A DNA stretch of 64,000 bases from the human T2T-CHM13v2.0 reference genome, Homo sapiens: assembly GCF_009914755.1 (NCBI RefSeq), contig NC_060947.1. One strand, written 5' to 3'. Position 1 is the stretch's first letter. Every line of letters starts with the position of its first letter. The position numbers and the translations under genes are program-made. Under the pieces are notes generated by a model that was not told the DNA's origin, did not search any database, and was given only the letters and a program-made list of their open reading frames with translations. Of the stretch, positions 1 through 13,039 are shown piece by piece.

Positions 1-555
1 CAGGTAGCATTGTGGGGAGGGGGTAGAGTGCTGTGGGTAGGGTGGGGTAGGGAGCTGGGGGAAAGAGTTGGAGACCCATGTTGTACCAGGCATAGGTGCC
101 AGAAATGTCCGGGTGCCACCTGGAGCCTCTGGTCAGGCATAGCCACAGTTGTCCCTGCTCTGGGCTGGCAGCACCATGGTGGGCTCTGTGGGCCACTTGG
201 TAGGTGCGAGCCTCTAATCCACCCCAATCCAGATACTGAGGTTGCAATTTATTGAGGGTTGGTCACCTGCCATGGGTGGGGGCAGTGGGCCGTGGGAAGG
301 GGGTATTGACTTCCCCTGGGGCCAGGGCACCGCATACACACTGATCTAGTGGCTGGTGGGACAAGGAACTTGACAGGCAGTGGACCATGTGGACCACATC
401 ACAGGATGGGACTCCAAGTGCCTGTGAGGATTTAGTATGACACTAAGTCAGGACTAAATACACCATGACAGAGAGAGAGGGCGAGAGAGAGTGCGCATAG
501 AGGAAAGGAAACATTTGATATTTGAGTACATATTGAGTACATTTAGCAGCATTAA

Positions 556-663
556 GAGACAGAGTCTTATTATGTTGCCCAGGCTGGAGTGGAGCAGCAC
601 GATCACAGCCCACTGCAACCTCTAACTCCTGGCCTCCAGCAATCCTCCCACCTCAGCCTCCCA
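556..663 (-). mobile_element. Alu (J-like) right-arm fragment
   Basis: gagacagagtctt..ttgcccaggctggagt..cctcccacctcagcctccca. Confidence 0.8.
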
Positions 664-677
664 TCTAATCCTGCTTT

Positions 678-741
678 ATGGACAAGGGGTCCTCCATTCT
701 CATTTTGCACCAGGCCCTGAAAACTATGTAGTCAGCCCAGG
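678..741. mobile_element. MER45A-like hAT MITE end fragment
   Basis: cattttgcaccaggccctgaaaactatgtagtcagcccag resembles the MER45A end and the copy near 63480. Confidence 0.5.
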
Positions 742-2259
742 TTACAGAATACATTTCCAATAGTTACAATGAAGGGAAAGGAAGCCATATCCACTGTCTT
801 CCCACAGGCTGGTCTGGAGAGTGAGGCCACTCCCACTAGATAACAGTGAGCATGAAGAGGCCACTCTCACTCTGCCCTTCTTATATATTTTGGTCCTGCA
901 TCCTGTTGGCTATGGCCATATAATGTTGCCTGCTACAAGATCTGGGGGCAAGGGTTTGGAGTTGTATTTGCTGCTGGTCCTGATCTTAAAACTTGACATT
1001 CTAAATCTCTTCATTTTGCATTTAAACCATTTTGGGCTCTCTCCAGCTCCCTCTCACCTTCCTGCCTTCAGTGGGTATGTGCCCTGCTTGTCTACCTTGC
1101 AAACCAGCTGGAACGTGCTGCTAACACCCAGACACAGGCAAAACCTTTGCATTTCAAATGGTTTTGCCCCACAAGTGGGTGACAGCAGGACAGAAACGTT
1201 TCTGAGACTCTCCCGAATAGCCATGCTTGGAGTAGTGTTTGCAGGAGGACGAAGGGAAGGGCAACCCGTTTGTAAGAAATATATAGTTACTTACCTTTTT
1301 TTTTTCTTCAAATTTGAAAATGGAAGCCTAGTAATTCATCTAATAATGAATCAAAACAGACACTTCAATGGACAAGCCTAATGAAACCTGATGAGGTCAG
1401 GCCGTGGGAGAAAAAACTTCCTGCATTGAGAGAATCAGAAGCATTTCCCATTTTGAATTTTTTTTTTTAAAAAACAACAAACCAATAAACTCCAAGTGAA
1501 CTCCAGTTTCAGGATTCATGAGTAGTTCAGGAAAGAACTGTTGAGTTATCTCAGCTGTGCTGAACATTTTCTTCGGTTACTCCCATCAGCGGTTGAGATC
1601 ATCAATATTGGAAGGTATCCTAGTATGTCTCATCAGGCTGTTTGAAACTGTTGATGTCAGAACACATCACTCTTCCCCTTTACTTTTTCATCGATAATTA
1701 ATGGATGAGAAATCCACTATGATAGTGTTAGAATCTACGGCCCCGGAAGAAGTTGGTCCTGGACTGCTGCCTGGTTGCATCTGACACCATCGATGCTGCC
1801 AATGCCTGGCCACCAGCATGCATTATAAGACAAATGACAAAAACCCACCAAGGATACATTGGGAGTGCTTGCTAAGTTTAGAGGCATCCATTAGCAGACT
1901 CTTGTTAGCGAAATGGAAGTTTGTTATTTAGAAATTTTGCCTTGAATTATTAATTTACTTAGAAATAAGAAATGCTCAGGGTTTTAAGCCAGATCAGCTT
2001 TGATCCACAAAGTCATTCTGACTATTTTAAGATTAGGAAAGGCTGTTTGTCCGGAAGAGGACTGACTAGCTCTTGAGTACCTTATAAAGTAGCAAATGAC
2101 GGGCCATTTTAAGTGGCTTGCATTTAGTGACATCTACAGCCTAGTCAATATTTTAACCCTTACTTAGAGACTTTGCCCATGATGTTGTGAAAAGATCACC
2201 CTAGTGCTGGGTGGCATCTGGCTGCTCCTGGCCTCGACTTAGCACTTTGACCAGTCATA

Positions 2260-2485
2260 GCTTCCATTTACTCAGTGCTTTCTACAAGCCAGGAATCGCA
2301 TTAAATGCTCTCTATATGTTGTTTTGTCTTCACAATCATCTTAAGACTTAAATACCATTATCCCCATTTTACAGGTCAGGGGACTACCACCTGACATGGT
2401 TCAGTCACCTACCCTGAGCCTCACAGCCATTAAGGAACAGAGACATGCTCCTTACCACATCTGCACACTTCTAAATCCAGGGTCT
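2260..2485 (-). mobile_element. MIR
   Basis: MIR core ccattatccccattttacag preceded by atttactcagtgctttctac. Confidence 0.65.
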
Positions 2486-2631
2486 GGGGTTTGAAGAAAA
2501 AGGGAAAAGGCCATATAAAAATTACTAAGCTCTAAATTATCTCCCAAGTGGTAAAACTTAGACAATTGCCATAGAACCAATTATTCTGCAGTATTTCCAA
2601 ACCTTGCAGAATCTACCTTGTTCAGGAGGAT

Positions 2632-2632
<1 letters not shown>

Positions 2633-2664
<32 letters not shown>
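2633..2664. repeat. (CA)n microsatellite
   Basis: pure CA run. Confidence 0.97.
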
Positions 2665-2666
<2 letters not shown>

Positions 2667-3479
2667 ACAGCCCTTGGCCATTCACACCAGGGCCCTCAGC
2701 AGACACCCTCATTTTGAGATCTTTTATGCTCAGAGCCAGGTTAAAAGATAGACTAAGAGGATAAGTGCTCTGAGCACCAATCTATAAGGACAACAACGTC
2801 CCCAGTGGAAATCGGTGGTACCATTTAACTTAGACTCTCATGTGACTATTTACATAACCATTGAGATCTAAACTGGTTCCACTCCAGCCAAGTACCCAGT
2901 AGAATGAAAAAAATGATCTTGGTACCAGCTCGGGTCCCCAACTAAACAACTGTTGCATCAATGTTGAAAGACTATCATCTGAAGCTCACCAAATGATTAG
3001 TTGCCTTGAGCTCCAATATGTCCAGACCCGTTTGTGCCATGGGTTCCTGCCTGGACGGCAGACCCCACTTCTGGTCTCCGAGTTCCGGATTCTCAAACAC
3101 TACACCTAGTCTTCCATTTCAACTACACGGTCCACTTGCTCTCTCACGTGTGATCCAATGCATGAAGTCCAGTGCTTGCCTCTGTACTTGGACTTTCTCT
3201 CTGATTCACTATGGAATTTGGGGAGAAGATCTTGATTGACCTGCTGGCCCTCAAGCCTGTCCTGAGTTTGACTTTATATACTAGATTTTGATTTTGGCTC
3301 GGGGCAAACTACTCTGTTTGTTACATGGCTAGCAGGCATGCCCCTGAGTCCATCCAGGCTGGGCCTGGCCTGGCCTATTCTTTGCCCACCTGGGACTAGC
3401 AGCCTTCTCTTGCTTCCCAGCCTTCCTGAGAATTCTCCCAGGATGCCCCTGCTTGCTGCTTGTTCAACATCTTCTGTAG

Positions 3480-3580
3480 ATGTGAGCTCTTTCTTCACCA
3501 CTATCCCCAGCACCTGGTATGGTGCCTGTCATGTAAAAGGTGATCAACAAATATTTGTTGAATAAATAAATGGATGGATA
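3480..3580 (+). mobile_element. L2 3' end
   Basis: ggtgcctgtcatgtaaaaggtgatcaacaaatatttgttgaataaataaatgg. Confidence 0.65.
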
Positions 3581-3608
3581 TTTATTTACTTAGCTGTTAC
3601 ATGGGCAC

Positions 3609-3902
3609 TTTTTTTTTAAGAGGCAGAATCTTGCTCTGTCATCCAGGTTCGAGTGCAGTGGTGCCATCATGTTTCAATGCAGCCTCAAACTCCTGGACTC
3701 AAGTGGTCCTCCTGTCTCAGCCTCCCAAGTAGCTAGGACTACAGGCATGCACCATTATGCCTGGCTATTTTAAAAAAATATTTCGTGGAGACAGGGTCTT
3801 GCTATGTTGCCCAGACTGCTCTCAAATTCCTGGCTTCAAGGGATCCTTCCACCTCAGCCTCCTAAAGTGCTGAGATTACAGGTGTGAGTCACTGCGCCCA
3901 GC
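3609..3902 (-). mobile_element. AluJ, full length
   Basis: poly-T, both arms, J-type ttgctatgttgcccag..ggatccttccacc. Confidence 0.92.
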
Positions 3903-4150
3903 AAGACTTCTTAATAGGGCATTAGAATCACAATATTTTGATAAATTGGACTTAATGAAATGAAAAACTGTCATTTAAAAGGCAGCTACAAATAGGAAAA
4001 GGTAAGCCACAGACTGTGAGAAGATATTTGCAAAACATATACCTGACAATAGACTTACGTATAAAACATTTGAAGAACTCTCATAACTTGACAAGAAGAC
4101 AAGCAATCTAATTTAAAAACTGGCAAAACATTTCAACAGGTACTTTACCC
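3903..4150 (+). mobile_element. old L1 (L1M) ORF2 3' fragment
   Basis: gataaattggactt..aagccacagactgtgagaagatatttgcaaaacatat. Confidence 0.75.
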
Positions 4151-4189
4151 AAGTCGTTGGGATTACAGGTGTGAGCCATCTCACCTGGC
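4151..4189 (-). mobile_element. Alu 5'-terminal ~40 bp fragment
   Basis: gttgggattacaggtgtgagccatctcacctggc. Confidence 0.8.
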
Positions 4190-4972
4190 AGTTACATGGC
4201 ACTCAATATGTATCTGACAATGCTGTAAGGATTTTATACATATTAAACTCATTTAAATTATTTTTTGAAAACTGCTCCCCCCCAATACTGTATTATATGT
4301 CTTTTGAGGACAGAGATTGTGCTTGTTTCTTGCACGACGTCTGACAATAAATGTATAGTGATTACATGAAGATACCTATAGTTTTAATGGTTGAAGTCAG
4401 ATTTCTGAATCTACATCTTTGTATTAGAAGCGATGTGAGGAATCAAATCTCTTAGTTAGGGCAGAGTGTGGGACCCATATTAGAAAATTCTCACATTTAA
4501 AAGGGCTGCATTTTGGGCAAATTATTTCAATACTTATTTCTCTAGCATGACAATTTCTGCTGCTGCTACATTTTCATTCTTTTCTTTCCTTTTCTTGAAC
4601 TCTCTCTATTTTGACAATATCTTTTGCTTTGGGCCAAAAAATGTAAAATAAAGAACATTTTCAGAAGGCACTTCAGCAGCCAATTGTAAATAACGTGGGC
4701 CATGAGACTTCAAAAGGTGCTGTGTTTTCTCCTGTTTTGCTTCGATGATTATTGTATACAACTTCTAGGCCCCATTAATCTGGAAAATTCTTTTTTTTTT
4801 TTTTTTTTTAGTTGGCACTCATTGTCTCATTTAATTCTTATAACAACTGTGAGAGATACACACTTTTTAAAAATATATTATTGGGTTTGGTTGAATAATA
4901 TTTTGTTGAGGATTTTTGTATATAATCATGAATGATTTTTATCTGTAATTTTATCCTCTCCCCCTTTTTAGA

Positions 4973-5289
4973 TTTTTTATTTATTTATTATACTTTAAGT
5001 TTTAGGGTACATGTGCACAATGTGCAGGTTTGTTACATATGTATACATGTGCCATGTTGGTGTGCTGTACCCATTAACTCATCATTTAACATTAGGTATA
5101 TCTCCTAATGCTATCCCTCCCCCCTCCCCCCACCCCACAACAAGCCCCAATGAGTTCATGTCCTTTGTAGGGACATGGATGAAGCTGGAAACCATCATTC
5201 TCAGCAAACTATCGCAAGGACAAAAAACCAAACACCACATGTTCTCACTCAGGTGGGAATTGAACAATGAGAACCCATGGACACAGGAA
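4973..5289 (-). mobile_element. L1PA (PA4/5-like) 3' end with 5' inversion
   Basis: antisense 3'UTR ttatactttaagttttagggtacatgtgcac to ~5148, then sense atgagttcatgtcctttgtagggac..ggacacaggaa. Confidence 0.92.
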
Positions 5290-5759
5290 AATTCTTATTC
5301 TTACAGAAATTTCTCTGCTGGCAACACATAATCTGCTTCATCACAGGTCAGGCAGGTTCAAAATGTGTCAAAAATGTAACACTTTAGGTGGGTGGCTCAG
5401 TGAAAAGCTAATATACTTCTCTTGCAACGTGTTTTGCTAAGATATTCAAACAACATTTCATTTAGTTGATGTTAGGTATTCCCTTCTTACCCCCAAAATA
5501 TGATTTCCAAGAGAATATGAGGGTGTTGTGTTATTTCATAGTCATTGCTTTGAGACATTGGAGAGAAGGTAAAAATTTGAAATCAAGGCCTTTGTTTTTG
5601 GAAGATCCACTGGAACCTGCCTCTTCTCTTTCTCTTGAGAAAGAAAATTTTGAGAGTATTAAGGGCATTTTATCAGGTGAGGAGCCTTTTAGCTTTTGCT
5701 AAAAACAAACCTTCTGAGCTTTTTTAAGAGGCCAAAATATTTTTTAAAAACATGATACA

Positions 5760-6695
5760 TGTTCTAGTTATCGATTGCTGCAAAACAAATTACCCCCAGA
5801 CTTAGGGGCTTAACACAACCATTTGCTCACCATTTTGTGGGTCAGGAATACAGGGAAGGCTCAGCTGAACACTCACTGGGGTCTAGTACATGATCGCAGT
5901 CAGACGTCTTCTGTACTTACAGTCAGCAGAATCTCAGCTAGACAGGACAGCCACGATGGCTGGCTTGCAAGTTGATATGATTTGTCTGTGTCCCCTCCCA
6001 GATCTCATCTTGAATTGTAGCTCCCATAATTCCCATGTGTTGTGGGAGGGACCTGGTGGGAGATAACTGAATCATGGAGGTGATTTCCCCATTACTGTTC
6101 TTGTGGTAGTGAATAAGTCTCATGAGATCTGATGGTTTTATAAGGGGAGCCCCTTTTGCTTGGTTCTCAATTGTCTCTTGTCTGCCACCACATAAGATGT
6201 GCCTTTTGCCTTCTGCCATGATTGTGAGGCCTCCCCAGCCACGTGGAACTATGAGTCCATTAAACATCTTTTTCTTTGTAAATTACCCAGTCTCAGGTAC
6301 GTCTTTATCAGCTCCATGAACATGGACTAATACACAAGTCGAGTAGTTGATCCTGGCTGTTGGCTGGGAGTTCAGCTGGGGCTGTCCACTGGGACACCTA
6401 CACCTGCCTCTCCATGTGGCCTGGGCTTTTCACAGCCTGGTTGCTAAGTCCCAAGAGGGAGCAGCTGGAGAACATAGAGACTTAAAAGAGTCTCTATGTT
6501 CAAAGAGACTTAGGCAGAAGCTTCCAAGGCTTCTTCCCACAAGGTTGTGGAAGTCACATAGCATCACTTCTGCCACACTCTATTGCTTCCAGGTAAGGCT
6601 AGCCCAGATTAAAGATGGTGGAAGGGGAGAATTGGATGCTACCAATTTATGGGAGGAATGTCAAGAATATGTGATCTTCTCTGAAAACTGCCACA
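5760..6695 (-). mobile_element. MLT1 (ERVL-MaLR) LTR interrupted by THE1
   Basis: tgttctagttatcgattgctgcaaaacaaattacccc..gtcacatagcatcacttctgccac..ctgccaca. Confidence 0.75.
5973..6334 (+). mobile_element. THE1 (B/C-like) solo LTR
   Basis: tgatatgatttg..ggactaataca with 5-bp TSD caagt on both sides. Confidence 0.95.
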
Positions 6696-7662
6696 AGATT
6701 AGCAATGGACACATGAATGAATTATGATTGAATGAACGATACCTACCTAATTTTACCTGGAAGACATGCCCTCAAAATTCTCTGCTCCTTTAAAAAAATT
6801 GCATTTCTTCTGTAGCATTCTTAGGTTCAAAATCAAGTGATTTTACCATGAGAAAGAGTTAATTACACTAACTTTTTGGCATCGGGGAAGGAGAGGCAGA
6901 GCTGGTGTCTACCCACCTTGCAGGTATCCCCTTTCAAAAATAAAACTCATGTTTTCACCCATTTTCATGCCTGAAATCCTTCCAATAAAGGCTTTTCCTT
7001 CTATTGGGTCTTTAGAAATCACCTGGTGACACAGATTCCACTTGTGGAAGAATAACATCTTAGTCTTCTCACATCTCAGCTTTTGGGGGAGTTAGAGTCA
7101 GAGTGAGGGGAAATTGGAAATATTGGATGGTAGGAGTTAGTGAAGGGATCAGAGCTTTTCCCACTTCAGTGGTTGAGAACAAGGACCTCCTTACCCCGGG
7201 AGTGTGATATAGGGCAGGCTAGAAGTAGGAGAATAAAACTTAATGGGTTGATAAGAAGAAACTGAAGGTTAACTTCGTGTTACAAAATGACCAGAGCAAG
7301 CTTGGTATGGTGCATAGACAAGTTAGCAATAGAGTTTACCCTGAGCTATCAGAGAAATTCCTAACAAAGAGAAGGGAGAAAGAAATATACACCACTACCT
7401 CCTATGCATCGAGCAATGTGCTGAGTCCTTGACCTATACTCACAGATTTAATTATTATGGCGACCCTTCACAAGAATATTATCACTGCACCATTTTGCAG
7501 ATGAGGAGCGCAGAACCTGAATGTGGAAGGCCCCTGGGTCCCTGAAAAACCTTCTAGGAGACTGAGCAACATTAGACTATGATGTCAGTGATAAACAAAT
7601 CTACTGAGTATTCAAGGTTTATTTGGTACAGAACCAATGCTACCTTTAGTGAATACAGCCTT

Positions 7663-7752
7663 GGTTAATTCTGCCTCTCCATCAGTCACATAGGTTAATT
7701 CTGTCTCTCCATCAGTCACATAGGTTAATTCTGCCTCTCCATCAGTCACATA
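7663..7752. repeat. 30-bp tandem repeat x3
   Basis: ggttaattctgYctctccatcagtcacata three times, one substitution. Confidence 0.97.
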
Positions 7753-9671
7753 GACAACATATCCCTGTTGGTAACACTCTCGTTAGATGCAGCAATTCTC
7801 TACGTGGGGGGGCGGGGGGAGAGAGATGGAGAGGAGGTGATGTGCAGAAGGATCTCTTAGGAAAGGTGTATGTATGAAGTCTCCCCAACTCCAGTCTGCA
7901 CCCTGTCTTATCAACCCCCCTCCCCCTGCCCTGACACCATGTCTCCTACCTACCCTGGGATTCCAGGTCACTGCATTTAAGGTTTTAGAGCAGGAGAACC
8001 ACACCACTTAGGAAAGGGAATCTGGCGGTGGAATGTTGGATGTATTGGGGTGGTGGGGTGCTGAGTGGAAGCAGCAAGAAAGAAGCATTGGGTAACAGTT
8101 TGGGTGAAAGGGTTGCAGGCAGATTTGGAGCGCCAGGTGGGGGAAGGCTATTGAAGGGCACAGATGCAGTAAAGATAGGGCAGGTGGAAACACACAAGAG
8201 GACTGACTGGACAGGGGGTCCAAGGAGAGAAGAGCTTTTGCACCCTGGGGACTGGGAAAATAGTAGTGTAATAAACATTCCAATTGCAATCAGTCTTGCT
8301 CAATAGATTTGTTATATCATATATACGAATGATTTGGGACGAAGATTTTACAAATCATTTGATTAAAAGGAGGGCAACAGCCAGTCTCTACAACAGCTGA
8401 AGGAATCTGTTTAATTCTTTCCACTAGAAACCTGAAAAAGCTGCTCTCTTCCCTCTAGGGGATCCCCCGATGGACAGAACCCAAGATGAGCTACAAGACC
8501 CTCCCCTGATCCCTGAGGGGCACTCCTATATCCTTTGACTTGACAAAGTCTGGATTTCAAGCCCATTCGACACAGCAGCCCTTTCCTTACCCAGCCCCCA
8601 GAGCAATTGATCAACCCTTCCATAGTGTTCTAAATGCCCGGCACCCCCGCCCTCCACCTCAGCTTCCTTAGGAGTGAGTTAGGCACTGCTTCTCCGCATC
8701 TCTGCAGGAAACACTTTCCAGAACTCCCAAGCAGCCTTCCATAAGTCTCCCTCACAAGGCTGAACGTGAAGGAGGTTATGGTCCTTCCATCCTTGAAGCA
8801 CAGCAATAGTTCTCTCCAAAGAAACTTCTTCACAGTCCCCTCACTTCTCCATGCCCTGACCTCTTTTGATGCCTTTGATGCCCAGTTGAGAGGCCCAGAG
8901 TTGAACATTTCTCCTGTAATTTCTACCCATTGAAGTTTGTTTGCTTCCTGTTCACTTTGGTGTCTGGTTTCTGTGGTATTAGCACTTCAGCTGAAACTGA
9001 GGCAGAGAAACTTCTGTTCTAACCATCTGTTGCATAGATTACACTATTGTATTAAAACTAGGCAAAACTTGATTTTTAAAAATCATATTTCCTGCATTTA
9101 AAAAAATATCTCAGCCACCATTTTACAAAGTCCAATGTTATTTAAAATTTCTGCTTCTTCAGCTCAGTCCTATCAATATGCTGACGGCCAGTGTAATTTT
9201 TCTCCAATCCTTGGCAATTTTTAAGCTAGAGATCACTTTTCATGGTGTAACTGATACAGTCATTTCCAAGCCATCCCTGAGATTTGCAGAGCTAAGTACA
9301 GTGACTTACATTTTTGCATTTCTTAATCTAAATGGAAAAGAAATCTATTAGGAAACAAGTTTCTGAGGAACAAAAGCAATTTTCAAGTGAACTGTCTCAA
9401 TTACCTCCAATGCCCAAAACTATTTTGTATAGATTCATTTACCAGTGGAATGTTTAATATAAATTGTGGTGTGTTCATGAAAGTCATGCTTAAAGAGATG
9501 TTTTAATTCTAGAGAAAAGAATGTGCATATCTGGGTATTTTTCTTTCCTGGTGGTTTTTTACATATTCTACTTTTAAAAAGAGAACATATATTATTTTGA
9601 TAATCAGATTATCTACATGTGTGTATGTTTTCATTTGAAGAGAGTGGGCTAGAAAACTCAAATGGCCTTTA

Positions 9672-10225
<554 letters not shown>

Positions 10226-10852
10226 TCAATGATGATTTCCTCATAAGAGATGAATATTAGAGTTCTTCTTATTAGCCCTTGTTGGTTGAACATGGATTTC
10301 TTCTTACATGCTTGATCAAAATTCTGGGAAAACACAAAATTGCATGAAAAAAGACCTCAGTTTTTTGAGTAGAGCATTCTTGTATTTGTCACCCTACAAA
10401 AGCTATATTTATAAATGGAAACTCCCATTCCCTTTAATGATTTGTTAAATCCCAAAGCAGTGTCTAGATAAGCAATAAATTGCATCTCAAAAGCATGAGT
10501 CAACCCTAACGGAGAATAGATTAGTTCACATTATGGAGACCACTGCACTCCAATATTTCTTGGTACTTATCTCTTGAGGTAACACCTTCAAATCAATAGT
10601 TCTTTTCTATTTTTAATGTCCTTCTGCCACTAATCTGTTCTTATGTTCATTTTGCTTGCCCAGCTAAGATTTATGCAGGGATCTGACTGTTTTTCTAGAG
10701 GTTTTTCCCCCTTTGTAGGAGCAGATTATATTTCATCAGGAGTGTGTTGTCACACCAGGATTTAAAGGTTGGCAACATACCTCATTTTTAGACTAAAGGA
10801 AGATAATTCTCAGGTCTGCTGCATTAAGAATAAAACTTGAGCCTAATGTGTC

Positions 10853-10965
10853 CTTTTTAATGTGGTAAAAAAAAAAACCATGACATTAAATTTACCATCT
10901 TAACCATTTTTAAGTGTTCGGTTCAGCAGTTTTAATTACATTGTTTTAACAACATTGTTGTGCAA
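10853..10965 (-). mobile_element. L1MB 3' terminal fragment
   Basis: aaatttaccatcttaaccatttttaagtg..acattgttgtgcaa. Confidence 0.65.
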
Positions 10966-11699
10966 TGTTACATGTCGTTGTGTGCTTTTTAAAATGCAAC
11001 TTAGTCAAAGAAACAAGTAACCTCTCACCCTGTGTAGACAGGTTCATTTGTTGTCTCAAGCCTCAGAAATTGTTGGATGAGGAATTTAAAACTAGGTCAT
11101 GGGCCCATAAAGAACCAGGGAGGCTCTGTCTGACAGTGAACTCTGTCTGACACCTTGTGTGATGGAAGCAGACAAGCTGTCCTGTCTTCATCATTATGAG
11201 GTTCCAGGACGTAGTGTTATCTTTACACGTCTGCTGGAGTTGCAGCACACTCTATGCAAGGGTCAGGATGGTCACCTGGGCCCCTAACGTTTCTCTTGTG
11301 ACTTGGGCAGCTCGCCCCTGCTTGCTCTTAGTCATCAGCGGATGTAAGATTCATTCGATGGTGACAAAGACCGTAAAAAGCTCAGATCTTTCAGTTAAAT
11401 CAAATGTTCATACCACCTGTTCAGAGTGACCCAATGTACTTTTCTTAGACACTGTTGTTCAGGAATTTGCATCTTTATAGGCTCCCACGTTAAACAATGT
11501 TTGATTGCGACTCTCCTAAAAAGTGATTTTCACTGCTAGATAATTTACTGGCCAGCAAAGTCATAGCTGTTCTATATTTGACATGCCAGTGATCAAATGA
11601 CACATATTGAACTGTATAAATTTTAGACTGCAGGTGTTGACATCAATTTAGCAATCTCGTGAAATTATTTCCTTGCTGTCTAGAGATACTTTATGTTTT

Positions 11700-12180
11700 G
11701 TCAACTTTTTATTTTGAAAAATGTTCAACCTAACAGAAAAGTTGCGAGGCTAGCACCATGAACTCCTGAATGGCCCGTACCTTGATCTACCAAATTGCTA
11801 ACAGTTTGCCACATTTGCTTTCTCTCTCTGACTAGAGATACATTTTTTTAATTGAAGTGAAATTTACATGACATAAAATGAACCATTTTAAAGTGAACAA
11901 TTTGGTGGTATTTATTACATTTCATAATGTTGTGTAATCACCAACTCTAGTTCCAAAACATTTTCATGACCCTAAAATGAAGCCTGTATCGACTGAAGCA
12001 GTCATTCCACATTTGCCCTCTCCAAGCCCCTGGGAACCATCAATCTGCTTTCTGTGTCTATGAATTTAGTTATTCTGGACATTTCATATAAATAAAATCA
12101 TACAATATGTGGCTTTTTGCACCCGGCTTCTTAGCATACTGTTCTCAAGGTTCATTCACAATGCAGCATGTTTCAGTAGT
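11700..12180 (-). mobile_element. L1M 3' UTR fragments (L1MB and older)
   Basis: attgaagtgaaatttacatgacataaaatgaaccattttaaagtgaacaa..ggacatttcatataaat. Confidence 0.75.
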
Positions 12181-13039
12181 TTCACTAAAGACCCTTTTAA
12201 TTGAGATTGTAAACTGAGGATGGGGGAGCATTCTGTTACCTATGTTCCCCTGCTCCCACTTCACCCCATAAACAGGCTGGAGAGGGTTGTAATCTCTTAA
12301 ATTTCATAGTTCCTTTTTAATCTAGCATTTCTTTGGGCAAAGGGTAGTTGTTTATTCAAGTTCACATCCTATAAGCTTATTTAATAGTTTAAAATGGGCA
12401 TAAAGAAGAAAATACCCAAAGATAACCACACTAAATAGTTGTATCACCCTGGATACATCGCTTAATCTCTCTTGCCTCAGTTTCTTTATCTACAGAACGA
12501 CCAGGCTGGCTTCAAGCCCTAAGAGTCATTGTAATGAAAATGGTATGATTTGATTCCCCAGACAATTCAGCTTACACTTTTCTGAAATCTGTTACACCAA
12601 AGAGCTACTTTCTTCCTGTGGTTAATGAAAGCAAAATTAATATTGATGAACCACTGAATGTGTGACCCTGGAGGTTACAAACTGTAGCTTGGATGAGTTT
12701 ACAATTCAGCTGGGGCTAAGAGATAGATGAGCATGTGACAACAGGGATATTCATAGCCAGAAGACAAATCTTGTTAGGAGAGATTAAATATTCAACATTG
12801 AACCACCACATGCCCTGGAGGGAAACTGGTATAAATGCCAACAAGAAATATCAGCCCGTCCTCACCTCTTCACGTATCACTGCCCTCTTTGATTTGACCA
12901 GTCATCTGTGGGTCAAATGGCTATAGAATGCTCTGGAAAGCAGGGGGCAGTTCAGGATGAAAGGGTACCTAGCTGGTACACCAGACAGAACATTCTTTGT
13001 TGAATTTCTTTTGAGCATTGCACTTGTTTTTAATTGTTC

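Noticed and set aside
821-1381. 186-aa ORF
   Set aside because: GTG start, no recognisable domain, runs through a poly-T tract; likely a chance ORF.
3544-3561. 18-bp palindrome tcaacaaatatttgttga
   Set aside because: Common variant of the L2 3' tail.
5307-5346. Possible 40-nt exon next to the L1PA
   Set aside because: Acceptor is plausible but the donor (CAG|gtcagg) is weak and nothing else supports it.
7663-7752. CRISPR-like 30-bp repeats
   Set aside because: No spacers and eukaryotic context; a plain minisatellite.
7985-8306. Overlapping Pro/Leu-rich ORFs
   Set aside because: Explained by purine/G strand skew; no convincing splice sites or homology.
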